DNA of 63,536 nt, filler included, from Reticulomyxa filosa (GCA_000512085.1; 17 parts of 17 records of this genome joined end to end with filler, not necessarily neighbours in it), one strand, 5' to 3'; positions 12,685 through 26,989 are shown, numbered from the whole stretch's first letter. Translations and numbers: made by a program. The notes: generated by a model from the letters alone, not told the origin.

Positions 12685-15600
12685 ATGGCCTTGTTGGCAA
12701 ATAATTCTATCGTTAATACTGAAAATAACGCCAAGATAAATTCGTCAATGTCCGCCAATGGTAAATTTCCATACAAAGCCGAGTTTCCTCGAAATGGAGA
12801 CCTCGAAACAGTGGAGCTCTTGAGACAACGCCTCTTAGAATGGGCGTTTGAGAATACCTCACGAGAAAAAATAGTTCACAACAAAGAAGATACACCTTTT
12901 CGGCTCGGTTTGTTATTTTATTTTTTATGCATTCGATCACATAGAAAAAGCGAGTGTGCTCAAAAAAAACTTGTGGTTCGTCTGTATCAAAAAAACAAGC
13001 GCTATAACGCACACCGTTTTTTTTTACACAAAGGGAGCCAACATGGAGATCAAAAATTGAAGCGCTATAATCACTTGTGTCCATGGCACCATGTTACCAC
13101 TTACATCAAGGAGCAGCATATGGATCTTAAAGGATCGATGCCATTGTGTATTGAAAATTGTAGTCAGTGTCCGGACAAAAAATACCACTTCGAAAACAAT
13201 TCAGAGTGGACACGGGTATGTCACAAAGATGTAGACAAAGCAAACACAATCTTGAATAATTTTGTGAGCCAAGAGGTCATTCGAGGGAAAATGAGTGTAA
13301 TAAAGGACACATCATTGGCTCTGGAATTCTCGCTGACTGGAGGCAAGATATCTTGTTCAAAGAAATGGACAGTTAAAGTACTGAAGAAATTGTGGTTTGA
13401 AAAAATTCGCACATCGACAGTTTTGATAAATCTTTTTTTTTGTCCCCTTTTTTTTAAGCAAAAAAATTATATTACAGCACTCCAACCATTTTTGTTCGTA
13501 TCCTCTATTTTTTCCTCCAATTTTTTATTATTCTTTCACTTTGTTGATACTTATATTTCAGCTCGGTTTTTTTTTCCCTCTACTTTGGTGGATACAAAAA
13601 TAGCCCGCAAAACGAGGAGGCAGTCAACCGTTAAATCTGACGTATGAAAAATTTTGGGTGGAAGTGATCCCTGATGAAGTGTATTTGAAGATAACCGGGA
13701 TAAACACGGAGAGACAGAATCAGCGCATTCCAATTGATAGCGTGATTGGCGCGACAGTGGATTCAACGATGCAAATATGCCTGGCCTTGCAATCTTCGTT
13801 TCGGAAAAGCAAGAACAAACGTGGAGAGTTGAAGGGAGTGGAGTTTGGATTATTTGTACGACAAGAGCTTGTCAGGTTCAATCATCAGCTTCGTGTGGGC
13901 CTTTCCATCAAAAAAAATGTAAACTCATTTGAATCTCCTTCACAGTTACTCCATTCCAATACTTTGCAACAAGGGTGTGAGTTTGACCTCCAAAATCTAC
14001 CCGCTCTAAAATTTAACTTTTCTGATTCGAGTGACATTAGCAATTCCAACTCCAATCCTGGAGATAGTAAACCTGGCCAATCTGGAGTGTTGAATATTTT
14101 CTCTTTCGATATGACCTGTTTCGGTTTGGATAATTTCAAATCTGCTCTCCAAGCTCACATTGCACCCGTTGGCACACAAGTTTGTAAAAATATATCAAAT
14201 CTTTTTTTTTTACAAAAGTAAAAAGTGAATTTGTATTTGTTTTTTTATAGAAAATGGATCCATTTAAAAAAATTCAGCATGGCAGTTACGCAACGTATAC
14301 ACACATTCAACAAAGGATACAACGTTTTTTTTATACTTGATCAAAAGGAGCAAAGAAAAGGAAAAGAGAGAGGAGCGACTCCATTGTTTTTTTAAAATGG
14401 GTCTTATTATTTTCCCTCTGTTTTTGTATCCTTTGGAGAAAAAATATGTTTTCTTTTTTTTCTGTTACTGAGCAGCGGAATTTTGACTTTGTAAAAAAAA
14501 ACATTGGAATGTGTGTAGGAGAAGACGAAAAAGTTGCAATAAATGGCAAAACACACAAATATCAAACGCGCAAGCGTAAATTGAATCGCGAGAACGACAC
14601 CGAGTCACAAGGTAAAAAAAGACCCAAATTGCAGAAGATGGAGGAAGTAACGAGTGAGTGCCAGTTCGTCCCTTCGCAACAACTGTTTCCGTCGCCTGTG
14701 GGCATTGGCAATGGCACCGCACCGTCGTTAAATTTGCCAAGCTTGGAAAGTATTTTAGATGTTCATTCCAATAACCCCATCCGATTGGAACGGAATAATT
14801 TTGATGAGTTGGGAAACGACAAAGTCGTACTTATTCCACAATCATGCAAACTTGCAAATGTCTCACCTCCGAGACCCAATTTATTTTCCACTTGGAAAAT
14901 GGGAAATATGCCTTTGCCTGTAATACAAGATTTGGGTGTACCGCTTTCGGAAAATGAAAGCAATCTCCCCGCATTGCCAATGTGTGGGATACAAGAGAAT
15001 GCAAAAGTCTCTTGCAACCCTTACAATGGTCCAGAATGTTCTCTTCCCAATGATACTGGGGAAATTGAAAATGAAAATTTTCAAGAGACTTTGCAAAAAT
15101 TTGGTCCAATAATTTGTTTTCTGCTTTGTGAGTTTATCGAAAAGCAAAATATCAAGCCAGCAACAAACAACTGGACGGAACAAGAACATCATCTTTCTGA
15201 AGACAATAAAGAGACTTCTCAAAAAATAAAAAAAGAAAGAGAGATATCAGAAGATACTTCGACCCTATCGCCTCCAGCTTTGGTGTTCACGGATTCTCTG
15301 TCCTCAATTCAACAGCAGTGGCAAGAAATTACAGACGAAGAACAAACCTATGGATCTTTGGAAGAGCAGGAACAACAACTGCTTACCAAAGTCAATCGTA
15401 AACAGTTCCTTCAACAACAATTAAACAAATGGAAATTGTTCCTAAGCAGATGGAAAGAATGGAATATTAATGACCTCTATAATTTTTTGATTGAAATAGA
15501 TAATAGACAATTCGCCAAATATTTTTCTTCATTGGAAGAATTCAGATCACGATGGCTTCAAGAGCAGAAAAGGACGTTCAAGGGTGAAGATTTGCAAGAC

Positions 15601-15735
15601 ATTGATCGCGAGGATCTCCTCGTCTTGGGTGTCACTGACAAAGAAGAAAGAAAATTGTTGGCGGAGCGCATCCGCACTTTTCGCGAAAAAGGAATATGGG
15701 AAGATCAATGTGAAACTAAAATAAAAACTGAATAG
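12685..15735 (+). CDS. Multi-exon protein with C-terminal SAM domain and NLS-like basic motifs; putative transcription regulator
   Basis: ORFs 12664-13647, 13658-14221 and 14446-15735 are separated by AT-rich intron-like segments. SAM-like WKEWNINDLYNFL...FKGEDLQDIDREDLLVLGV...RKLLAERI; basic motifs RKRKLNR and KKRPK. Confidence 0.7.
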
Positions 15736-16468
15736 ATAATCTTTGTTTTTTTTGCTGTCGTAACAATACTTCTCTATTTTTGTATTTTGAACAAATTTAC
15801 ATTTTCAAATATCTTTGTGTCAGAACATTATTTTGATGTTGCTTTTGAAAAGTCATCGAGCCTTTGCTCATCTCTTGCGTAGTATAATTCCTCGGCCTCC
15901 CAATCGACAAATATGCCATCATCGAAACTTATTTTTTTAAATTTCACTAAAAATGGCTTATTTGCCTCCGCCAAAAGAAAGCTTGTAATAGCTCAAGCCG
16001 ATGATAATTCACTCATTAAACCGTGTTTCGTGCATTGACATATACAATATACGTATACACCTTATTTGTTTATTAACGAGCACTAGTCATTGATTTTTTT
16101 GTTGTGACAAGAGCTTGTTTGCTCAACTATTTTGTTGAATAAAGGTCAAATGCTTGGCTAGCAGAGCCAGGTTTTTCCATCCAACGATTTATTACGTTCA
16201 AGAAAAAAAAGAGAAGAAAAAACAAAACAAAAAAAAATATAATAACTACATACGAACAAGCAAAAAAAACGCTGGTGTTTTTTTGCCAAAAAATCCAAAA
16301 TTGTGGCAAAAAAAATTACACATCATCGCAGACCATTTTATTATGTTATTTTTATTTTTTAATTTTTTTACAAAAAAACAAAAACAAAAGAAAAAAGCAA
16401 TAAGAAAAAAACGAAGAAGTAGTAAATCATAGAGATAAATTCCATAAAATCTAAAAACAACACAATAA

Positions 16469-19400
16469 TTACGTTTTCATATTCAATCTGCGTCTCTTTT
16501 GAGCAACCCTTTGGGCAGCATTTTGTTTATTTCTGTCAAGATTTGCGGCGGATGCAGACCTGACCTCCTGTATCTCAGATCTCAGTGCTTGAATGGCTAT
16601 TTGATCGTCAGCAAAGGTCATGCCAACATCAGACGATCCATCTTTTTCATCAAACGCAATAGATTCAAAGTTGGCATTTCTCTCTGCCTGCAGTTGCTCG
16701 ATTCCAAATCGATCATCCTCTTCCAAATCGGTGGGTTCTTCGGCAACTTCTTCCAGTTTTATTCGATTCCCACTTGCTTGTGATGTGGACTTGTAATGAG
16801 ATGTTCGTTGAACACTGTCTTCATTAGTTGGTGTTTCGTTGAGAATACGAGGCGAGGTCGGCATAGATATAGACACACGTGGCCGATTGTATAATCGTTG
16901 TGTGGTCATGTATTTTTGTTGATTCGCTTGACGAACTAATGCTTGATGAATTCGAGGTTGCATTTCCTCACCTATGTTATACAACCCACAAAAAGAAAGA
17001 TATACAACAAACATTAAACGTAAATTCAAAGCAATTGAAGTTTTTTAGAAAAGTTTAAACTCCTTGGGGAAGCTACGTCGTCATCATCAGGATCTTCATT
17101 GTCCGAAAAGGAATCATCATAGGGATGCAATTGCTCATCCATGGGCACCGGAATGTCGAGAGTCAACTTTGTTGTCTTGTGTGAAGGATCTTTTTCATCG
17201 ATATTGTCATTGCCAATCAAATGGTGGGTTGGCCCAGGTAGTTTTGCAGCCAAAGGCTTGGTATTTTCATTATTATTCGTTTTGAGTTTTTGCAACTCTT
17301 TTGGAGTATTACTATCAGTGCTCGTCGACAGATGCGAGTATGCACTGCGTGCGCTCTGCGGATGATGCGGATCGTTTGGTAAATGATCGCGCTGCGCTGC
17401 ATTGGCATTTGGATCTAAGCGATATTTGCTGCGAAATTTGATAGGGGAGAGCGGAGGTCGTTGGAAGTATCTACTTTGTTGAGCAGAGATGGATATCACC
17501 TTATTCGATTGCGAAGATTGGAGCAAGCTAGGACGATTGAAGGGGATACTCTTGTTTTGATTCTCTCGTTTCGTGGCACTCGATAAGCCATTGTCATTGA
17601 GCACGTTATTGCTGTCCAAGTTCTTTTGCATATCATACCGCGGCTTACCCGTGTTATCTTTCAACACATTTATCATTCCCGATCGTTGCACTCTTGCCTC
17701 CAAACTTTTCACTGCCTCTGCTAGTTTTGCATCCATTTGATCTAAGTCTAGATCAACCGGAGTTGGTTTCTTTTTTTTTTTAAATTATGTACATATATAT
17801 ACAAATATGTTGTCTATCAATAGCAATGTATACAATATCACGCCGTAGTCTGACAGAGGAGAAAAAAACAGAACCTCTTTTCTTGGTTTGAGTGGCTTGT
17901 GAGCGAAGGTGTTCAAAACGAGTTTGAGATTTTTGGGCGACGCTGGTTGCGATATAGAGGAGCGCTTCTGATTCAAAGAATGGATATTTTGTTTACTTCT
18001 GCCAACGTGCTCGATAGTCTGATTGGATGACAGTGGATTGTTCCGCTTGGCAGAATACGGAAGAGTGGCACTATTCATTTCGTGGGCTTGAAGAGACTGA
18101 GCTTCGCCATAGCGATTCCGGAAATAGGGACTGTTTCCAGTCACAGAAGGGTTCGAACGTTTGTCGGATGGGGGCTTGGCCTTGATCAGATCTGCACGTG
18201 ACAACAAGCCAGAGGAAAGATTGCCAGTCGACTTGTAAAACATGTCCACTTTGGTTTTTTGTTTGTGTTGCAGCGCTTTAAGGGCTCTGTCCTCTTGTCG
18301 TTGTTTTGTATTCAATTGGAATTGGTTTTGCAGCTGTAGCAATGTGACTGCGGCAGCATCGATATTGGAGACACCCGATGCGTCATGTCCTACCGAATTT
18401 GTGCCTTTTGTGTCTTTGCGTAAAGCAGTCGATGTCATTGGTCTGCTTTCCTCAAAGCTGATCAACGGTTGAGCTGTTTTTTTTTTTTTTTTTTGCAAAT
18501 TGCACAAAAGGTACATTGTTTTTTTGAACACGTGAGATGAATTGTATATTCAAAGCAAAGTATGAAAACGGAGTAGCGAAACTTTGAGTTCGATGATGGC
18601 GTACGTATGGATTGCTTTTGGCGGTGGAAAAAGTCAAGTCATTACCAGCAGCACTATTGCTTTCTCGTCGACGCAGTTTTTTTTTTGGCTTTGTCTTGCT
18701 TGATTTGAGCTGTTGTCGTAGAATGGCGTTATTTAATGCTTGCGAAATCAACTTACCTCTTTCCTCAATGGTATCTCCTGTCACCGCTTTGTCCAAGTAA
18801 GGATGTTTGTAGTCCTTCAAAAATGAACATCGGCGCGAAGGGGGCCTGCTTGTTCGTCCTTCGTCAGGACCGGAGTCGGGCCGAGCTTCATATTCCATGC
18901 TCACTCCTTCTTCACGAGTTACATCCTCGTGGATTCGTCTCGCCTCATTGCCGATGCTACTTTCGTCGTCTAAACTATAATCACAACAGCATTCCAAACA
19001 CTAACAACCTGTCATTGTTTTGTAAACAACTGTATAATTTTTGTTTCAATGACTGAAAAAAAAGATTTATTAGACCATTCTCCAATTGCAGTGTCCTTTA
19101 CCTTTTGGGTGACAACGAAGTCTCCCTGTTGTCCACTGGCACTGTTAAATGTCGCAATGGAACAGTGTCTGGAAATCCGCCATTGTAGGATTCTTCGTCA
19201 TCATCCAGATCTAATTCCATTTCTTCGGCTGTTTTCACACAGATCATTTTTTTTTCCTCACTCTAAAAAAATTTTTGCAAGTAACTCACCATGGATAACA
19301 TTTCGATTAATTTGTTGCTGAAATAATACATTTTTTTTTCAGTATCAACAACATTATTGGCAGTATGGGATTCAATGATATTGATAACTGGTCCTTCTGT

Positions 19401-21251
19401 TGTTGTCATTGACTTCATTTGATTTAGTTTATTGGCGGTGGACAGGGCTGACGACTGCACATTGGAAAAGCTTTTATTTGTCTCGCCTTTTGTTTTGTTA
19501 TTTTTATCGAAAACAGAGCTCTGCTTGCTATCAGCGTGATTGCTATTCGCATGTGCGTCTATTTTGCCGTGCTTGGCTTTATTGTTTCCATTGAAACGTC
19601 CGTCCGTCTGTGCGAGCAGGTTATTGCCTGCCATTACTATATATTCTTCCATTTCTTCGTCATCCGAACCTTCAATTAGCATTGCGTCATCTATCAATAT
19701 TTCAAATGTTGCAAGTTATTGTCCAGTAAAACAACAAACATCGTCACACTTTTCACAAATAAACAAAAATATTATTGCATTGAATACTCAAAAATATATG
19801 ATTGCATTGAGAAATAATTCACTCCAATTTATTTATTTATTCTTAACTCATTTGCACAGTATCAGCGAATCTATTTTTCTCTTCTGTTTTCCAAAAGACA
19901 CAGACAATTTTGAACAATGTTTATCCAAGTATGTTGTCCAAAACCAAAGAAAACAAAGCAGTAATTGAAGCTTGTTCTTTATGTTTTGTTATTGTATGTG
20001 TTTGAGAGTTATGCAATATTACTATTGTCTCTCTTCCCTTCACTTACGCTTCGGAGGAGCTGCAAACGTATTATCCTTTGATGTCATTGGATTGGTGATA
20101 TTATAATGATGCAGATGCGGATCTCTATCTGTATATGAATATGCGATACAAGACTTTCAAAATTAATAATAAATGCAACAATATATACATATATGTATAT
20201 ATTTTGCACACTGTCGCATGTTTTATCGTATTCGATAGAATGATCATACAAAACAAACAAAAACCAACGTGAGTCTTTGGGTAACGGTGGAACCTCGCTC
20301 AAACTATAAATGCTATCTTGTAATGTGTGTGCTGCTGTTGTGGTTGGCAGTGGATATTGATTGCTCTCGGCCACACCATTCACAACATTGTTATGTGCGC
20401 TGATCACAGGAGGAGAACTTACGCCCGCCTGCTGTCTCACCAATTGATCCACTTGAGAACGAACGTCTTTCAAAGCGGCTTGGCTAGCTGCAGCACGTGC
20501 GCGCCACTTATATCAAGTATATCCAATGGTTATGTTTGCGTACATAAAGTGTAATGTATGTGATGTTTAATATGTAAGGTGTGGTTCGTTGATTTAGAAT
20601 AATTTTTTTTTTGCAAAGAGAGTAGAAAATACGTATACTTCTCCGAGTTCACGGTTTAATATATGATTAAAGTCCAAAAGTATCTCTTGTACACGAAACT
20701 TTTCTGACTTGTGCCTGCAAATTTTCAATTTCCTTTTCCATATTTTTAGTTTTTTGATCGTTATGAACACCATTTATGTGTGAGTTTGGATTGGTTTGGA
20801 CTTGTGCTATTTGACGATTGAGAAATATTATCTTTTTCAACAATTCCTCAGGGGTTATTAATCGAATAATTTCATTGTAACGCACAAATATTCCACATTT
20901 TGGTTTGCAATGAAAATAAGTAATGCCATTGAAACCTTTTTCATCGTCGTTTTTATTGTTATTTATTTATTTGGGAAAAGACATTTGTCCAAGCAACAAG
21001 CACGAGTGAAGGGATAGCAGAGATATTTCCCCTCCCTGTATAACTTCCATCACAATTTCCTAATGGATCAGTAAGTTCTATACCTACCAATTGTGCCGTT
21101 TCCAATACAGCCTATTTTTTTTTTTTTTACTTTTTCCTTTTTTCTTTTTTAAGAAATGCTCACATACCCTAATGACACCGATTGCTTGCGAAGACAGAAG
21201 GACAACGTCTCCTTCTGTTACTTCTGTGTTGTAAGGGTCAATCTTGTGCAT
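16469..21251 (-). CDS. CAP-Gly domain protein with a coiled coil and a long disordered C-terminal region (~10 exons; single-gene model inferred)
   Basis: Spliced N-terminus GDVVLLSSQAIGVIR|AVLETAQLVGIELTDPLGNCDG(S)FNGITYFHCKPKCGIFV, followed by successive minus-strand low-complexity ORFs ending at 16469. Confidence 0.7.
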
Positions 21252-21439
21252 ATTATCTTTCACAATAGAAAAATCGGGGAGGAATTAAAAAATAATGTAC
21301 GTCTTGAAGGATGCTATTGAATTTTCAAATGTTAAACCCTAACTTGTAAGAAACAACAAGTTCAAAAAAAAGTTACTTCTGTTTCTTTTCACTCAACAAC
21401 AATTGCGCTAAGACAATATGCAACAATAAACATTGATAA

Positions 21440-21700
21440 CATTATAGATGTTGAGTTTGGTTTATCACTTAAGCACATTTAACGTGTTGAACATCTTCAT
21501 TTTGAATGTAATTGATGCGTCTTGTCTGGTGCCAACAAAATTTTCAATTTTGATCCAATAGCAAGCATTACTCAAACTTGTTTGTAATTGATTTAACTGT
21601 AAAATTCAATCTCATTTTCATCACTTGTGGATAGATGTCCACAATATAACATCATGTGCAAACATCCTACATTTAATTTGATCTTGAATTGAATATACAG
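21440..21700 (-). mobile_element. Decayed non-LTR retrotransposon reverse-transcriptase fragment
   Basis: Minus strand reads IKCRMFAHDVILWTSI..QLNQLQTSLSNACYW..KILLAPDKT..ITFK, i.e. a mutated (Y/F)ADD motif plus the downstream LQ..L...W / KT..I.F motifs; frameshifted. Confidence 0.65.
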
Positions 21701-24079
21701 TGCAATTGATATAAAACAATAATAACAATATTACACTAACTTCAAATTTTTTTAAAATATAATTTATTGAATTCAATAACGCTTACAAGACTAGATTTTC
21801 GATGAAATTATCCAATTAACATGCATAAGTCACTGAACTGAGATCGAATAATGAATAAATTAATTAAGTCATTCGCAATGACAATTCCAATTTGTTGTGC
21901 CAAGATTGGAGTGATATTATGTCAAATAAAATTGTGATTATACTTTATAACTACGTATAATAATAAGATTAATCTAGATATGGGTTTGTGATTGTAACAA
22001 TATTTGATATTTTACATAATATTGTGAATAACTTAAGCATTATTCTTATACTGATGCGCCAAAGAACAAAGATAAAATGGAAATGAAAACATGAAACCAA
22101 AGAAAAGGACTAATAGAAAAAAGAACAAAAGAAAGATCAACAATGATCAAAGGTAGCATTACAAAAAATTTGATGATGAAATCTTACGCTAAAACATGAA
22201 TTGGCAGAGATTAAATCAACATTCTGGCAATACAATCTTTCTTGCAAGCAATTAATCAGATGTTGATACATATGTGGATTGGAAATCGATCAAGAGATAA
22301 CATTATTCTAGAATAGCAATAGACTTCTGATAACAAATCTGTTTACATATTGATATTCGCAATATTAATTTTAACAGATTTTATTCTAAGTCACAAACAT
22401 TAGAACTAAATTTGCATCAGAAGCACAATATGTCTGTTTATTGCAAGAAGGATTTATATCAAAAAAAGAGGGAAATCTATTATAATTTACAGTATCTTTA
22501 TGTTCATCACTGGAGTATTATGTTGAAGAGTTTATATTCAATTTAGATCATTCGATAACATGACTGCTTTCAGGTGGAAATATAGTGTACTGATCAAAAG
22601 AAACAATATTATTCTGTAGTTTCTATTGCAAACAATTCAATATTCAAGAATTCGAGCAAGAATTACAACATGATATGAAAATCATATTGTCATTGAAGGA
22701 GATTGTAATGCAAATCATTCAGTAAAAAAAAAATATTTATTTTAACATACTTCATAATTAATATCAACATTACAAAAAAGTTGCATTTTGAAAGAGATTG
22801 AAGACAGAAGCAAATAGACACTGCGACATCTTGCATTGTTTAAAAGAATTCTGAATAATCGTTTCAAATATTTTTAACGATTTCGTCGTGGCAAAGTAAA
22901 AAAAAAATTTTTCTAGTTAAATTTTTTTAGTTAAAAAATTTTTATACTAGTTGAAAGTCTCAGATATCATAAAATGTCAGATATGTTAACTACTCAACGG
23001 TCCAAACAAAGTGCAGGAACAGAAAGCCATGATGATTATAAGAGTTAAAATTTTTTTTTTTAGTTTTCTTTAATTTTTTGAAAGAAGCCGATTGAATATA
23101 AATATTTTATGATACTTCAACACTTCGAAAACAAGGACTTAGAGGATTCGGTTGAGCAACGCTCATGCAGTCACAATGACTATACACAGAGAAGAGCCAA
23201 ATCGTTTTCACAATCGTTGATTGATCTTAACTTACAACCTTTGAGATTTGGTTGTTTTTTGAAATTTCAATTATTAATCAAAACTTGAAATATATTTTTT
23301 CGCTTGTTGTTGTTAATTATGTGTGAGTTTGATGAATTTTTGCTGATCTTTTACTTTTGTTTTCGTTTTCTTTATGCTCTTTTCCTGCGTTCATGCCATT
23401 GACATTACTTGTGAATTTTGATGTCCAATGTATTGTTGCTTGCACCAAACTTTTGGGAAACTCCATAATTCCCAAATAAGTATATTAACACATCTGGTTC
23501 TATACTGTTACGCTTCCAACTTTGAATTTCATTTCAATTCAATACTTATTTTGGCAATAATAGCTTTAAGATTGTTGTTAAATGGGAGAATGGTAAAAAA
23601 ACTATTTTAACGTTTTATTTTTGTTATAGGATATCAGTGTTTTGACTTTCAATTCTTAAATTTGCATTTCATGACCAAAACTTGTTTCAAAGATGAATTT
23701 CATGATCTTTGAAAGAAGATTTTATCATAGATAAAATCTTGTGTCTATTGCGCCGAATAGAAATTTCGAGAAATCAATGTATGCAGCAAAAATGAAAACA
23801 ATTCATTCAAAAAAGTGGCGTGTTGATTTAATTACAATTGAAGAAATAAGTTACCAAAATGCGTAAAGAAGTATAATGTACAGTGTATAGTCCAAAAATA
23901 TCTTAAATTGTGAAATGAAAGTGGCATATTTTTTTATTTCGTTTCCATACTTTTTGAATCTTCGAATTTAATCAATTCTGTAGATTTTGCACACATATTT
24001 AAGGAAACAAAACTTTGATACCTTAAAACTGCGAGAGTATGATTTACACTTAAATGTAAAGTTTTAAAGATAGTACGAA

Positions 24080-25615
24080 CTTCTATTGGCATTTCAGAAT
24101 ACAACGGACCAGAAGGAACATTTGGCAATGTAAAGGGCAGCTGCAAGACAAGGACGAGTCCGTTGAAGGAGGACTAGAAATACATTTACGAGATGTGCTA
24201 AAATCCGGTTCAATTGACAGCAGTGAACATGACAAACGAATATACATTGTTGACAATAGAAAATGCATTATTGTGATGTCGGGAGATTTAGAAGCAGAAA
24301 TCTAAAACGATACGTAGAAATTCCAAATGGCCAATTGGCCCACTGCTTAAGTATGTATATGTACTCAAAGATTTAGTTATTTTTGCCGAAAGAAAACGAA
24401 CCATTACCAAGACAGTCAATACGAATGCTGACTATTCATCTGGTGCGGATACAGACAATGAAACAGCACAAATAATAGTGAGAATAACAATAATCAAGAA
24501 AACGAAACTAGTACACAAACAGAAACTGGCACGTCCAAAAAAAACAATGATGGCAGCAAAGATCAACAGTTTCCTTGACAATTCGTGTGAACAAACATTC
24601 AGATTGGAGACATTTTGGATGATAAAGTTTTAAACCTTTTTTTTTACACTCCATACAATAAGTAGCGCGTGTACGGACATCGATGTCATATTAAAAAAAA
24701 ATTTAATGTTATCGAAAAATCAAACTCTGAAAATAACAACAACAAAAAAAGGTAGCTAAAAGAAATGGTATGAAGCTTTTATTCGCTTTATTGGCAAAGA
24801 GACACAGAAAACGCTGGCAAGGTAACTGTCCATTTCTTTTGCTGGTCTGAACAATGTGACGAAGTGACAACAATATGCAATTATTAGCGACTGGCTTTAC
24901 GTCATACACAAAGGGACTTATTGTCAACCACAAAAATCTTCATATACTAGTTATTCCAGTGGATACTCGAGCATGTCCTCTTGTTATGATCCACGCAACA
25001 AGTCATTCCGGAACAAAAAGATGTGGTCGGATTGAGTAATTTGTGTTTCATGAACTCGACCGTTCAATGCTTGGTACAATCTCCACACTTGACAAAATAT
25101 TTTTTGAGTGAGACTTTGTTCACCATATCAATTACAACAACCCACTGGATTGGAAAAGCAGTGTGTACTCAGTTATCGAAGGATATGTTCAACAACAAGT
25201 AAAGAGTTGTTGCGCCAAGAAAATTCAAAGATGCAGTTGCTCCAATGTATTACAAAAACGTATCACATATAATACATATACATTGTATTGTATTTTTGTT
25301 AAATAAACAAATAAGATGTTACAAAAACATAATGAAATAAAATGCATTTGTATGCTTGATACTACAAACATGAATGGCCTGAATGAAGATTTGAACTAAA
25401 TTCAAGAAAAACTACCGAGGAAGCGGTCGAGTAGAATGGTCGTTCCGATAATGTGGCAGCAGATACATGTTGTACATACTTGAAATGTAACGTGTTGATC
25501 ATTGTCGATTTGTTATAATGTCAGTACAAATCGCGTGTGGAATGAACAGATTGTGAACTAGTGTCGATTGAATTTGAGCGCTACATGTTCTTGCAAGCGT
25601 ACCACTAATTGTATA
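24080..25615 (+). pseudogene. USP4/11/15-like ubiquitin carboxyl-terminal hydrolase pseudogene
   Basis: VVGLSNLCFMNSTVQCLVQSPHLTKYFL (Cys box), INYNNPL, GLNEDLN, IIVDLL*CQYKSRVE*TDC..VSIEFERYMFL; DUSP-like GSIDSS upstream; many stops and frameshifts. Confidence 0.85.
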
Positions 25616-26989
25616 TGGAATCCAAGTTCAATATATGAGTATTTTAAATGCAATTGTTTGTTTTTCTCTTGAAACTATACCTGAGTTTGATTGTACGATA
25701 TCTTTACAAATAGATGCTGAAAGTAGAGAATATTTCAATATTGAAAAAAAACATATATATGATTTAGGAAATTAATAGTCACAGTGCAGGACGTTCTCAG
25801 ATGATGTTACATTGAGAACATATTTACCAATTATGAAAGTAAATGTAAATATAATTGTAATTTATAAAAACAAGTTTGTACAGTGTATAATTATGTACAT
25901 TTGACATTACTAGTTTCATACTGTGAATGTAATATAACATAAACTAAGTATGTAATTTCGAATGCAACAATAATAAGTAAAATTTTATCACAAGTATATT
26001 CGATAGTAAAAATTTCACGAATCAATATGTTAATTGAGGAAAATCAATAATGATATTGAAAGTGATTTAAAGATAAGCTGTATATTGAAATTATATCATA
26101 AATTCAAAAAAAATATATTAAGATGATGTGACTTTTGTCTGTTTTGAGTTGTGGGCAGTTTTGTTTAAGATTCTCTATAAAAAAAAAATATTTTTCTTCT
26201 GTGAATCCAACTTATAACTATTTAAAAATAAAATAAAATAAATATGAAATTGGCATTTCAAATGTACATAATGATTAATATTCACATAGAACAAATTACT
26301 CACGAATATTCCAATATTTCTACATTCAATCAAGTCACCATTCAAATAAAATACTTTCAAACTACCAAAAAAAAATTTTTTTAACTAGTAAAATTTTTTT
26401 TTATCGTGATAAAAAATCTTTTTACTAGTTGAAAACTTTCAGATATCAGATATTGCGATTTTGCGCGAGATCAGTATACAAGATAACAAATGAAACAACC
26501 AAAATGAACAGTCGATTAAAAATTAAATTTTTTTTTCACTTGTTGTTGATTGTATGATAGTTTTTGATATGTTTTGTTGAGTTGATAAGATTACATTTGA
26601 GAACGTCTGGAAAAGAATATGCAAATACTTCGTTTTCTGGAAATTTCCGCACAGTATTTGGTCATTTTGGATATCAGCGAGCATGCATGGTAGCATTGAG
26701 AATGGATATGGTATTGATATACCTGATCACAGAAATCACCAACGACAATCCAGTAACGTCGATACAAATTGCACAAAACGCCAGATAGTGAATTAGCGGA
26801 TGACTTGTGAAGAAAGCAAAGTATCAATATTCAACATTTCAAGTTGTATTACATAATCAAGTATACAACAAAACGAAGAAAAGGAGATTGATGAAGTCAA
26901 ACTTGAAAACGTATGGAAGAAAAATATGCAAATTAAACGATAATTCCTGTGTGAATACGCCAACGATTATAGTCACTACAATCAAGTCC

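Noticed and set aside
15826-16340. Small minus-strand gene ending FDDGIFVDWEAEELYYARDEQRLDDFSKATSK*
   Set aside because: I could not build a consistent exon chain or assign a family.
26590-26989. Possible second retroelement or pseudogene fragment
   Set aside because: Protein-like but with no diagnostic motif.
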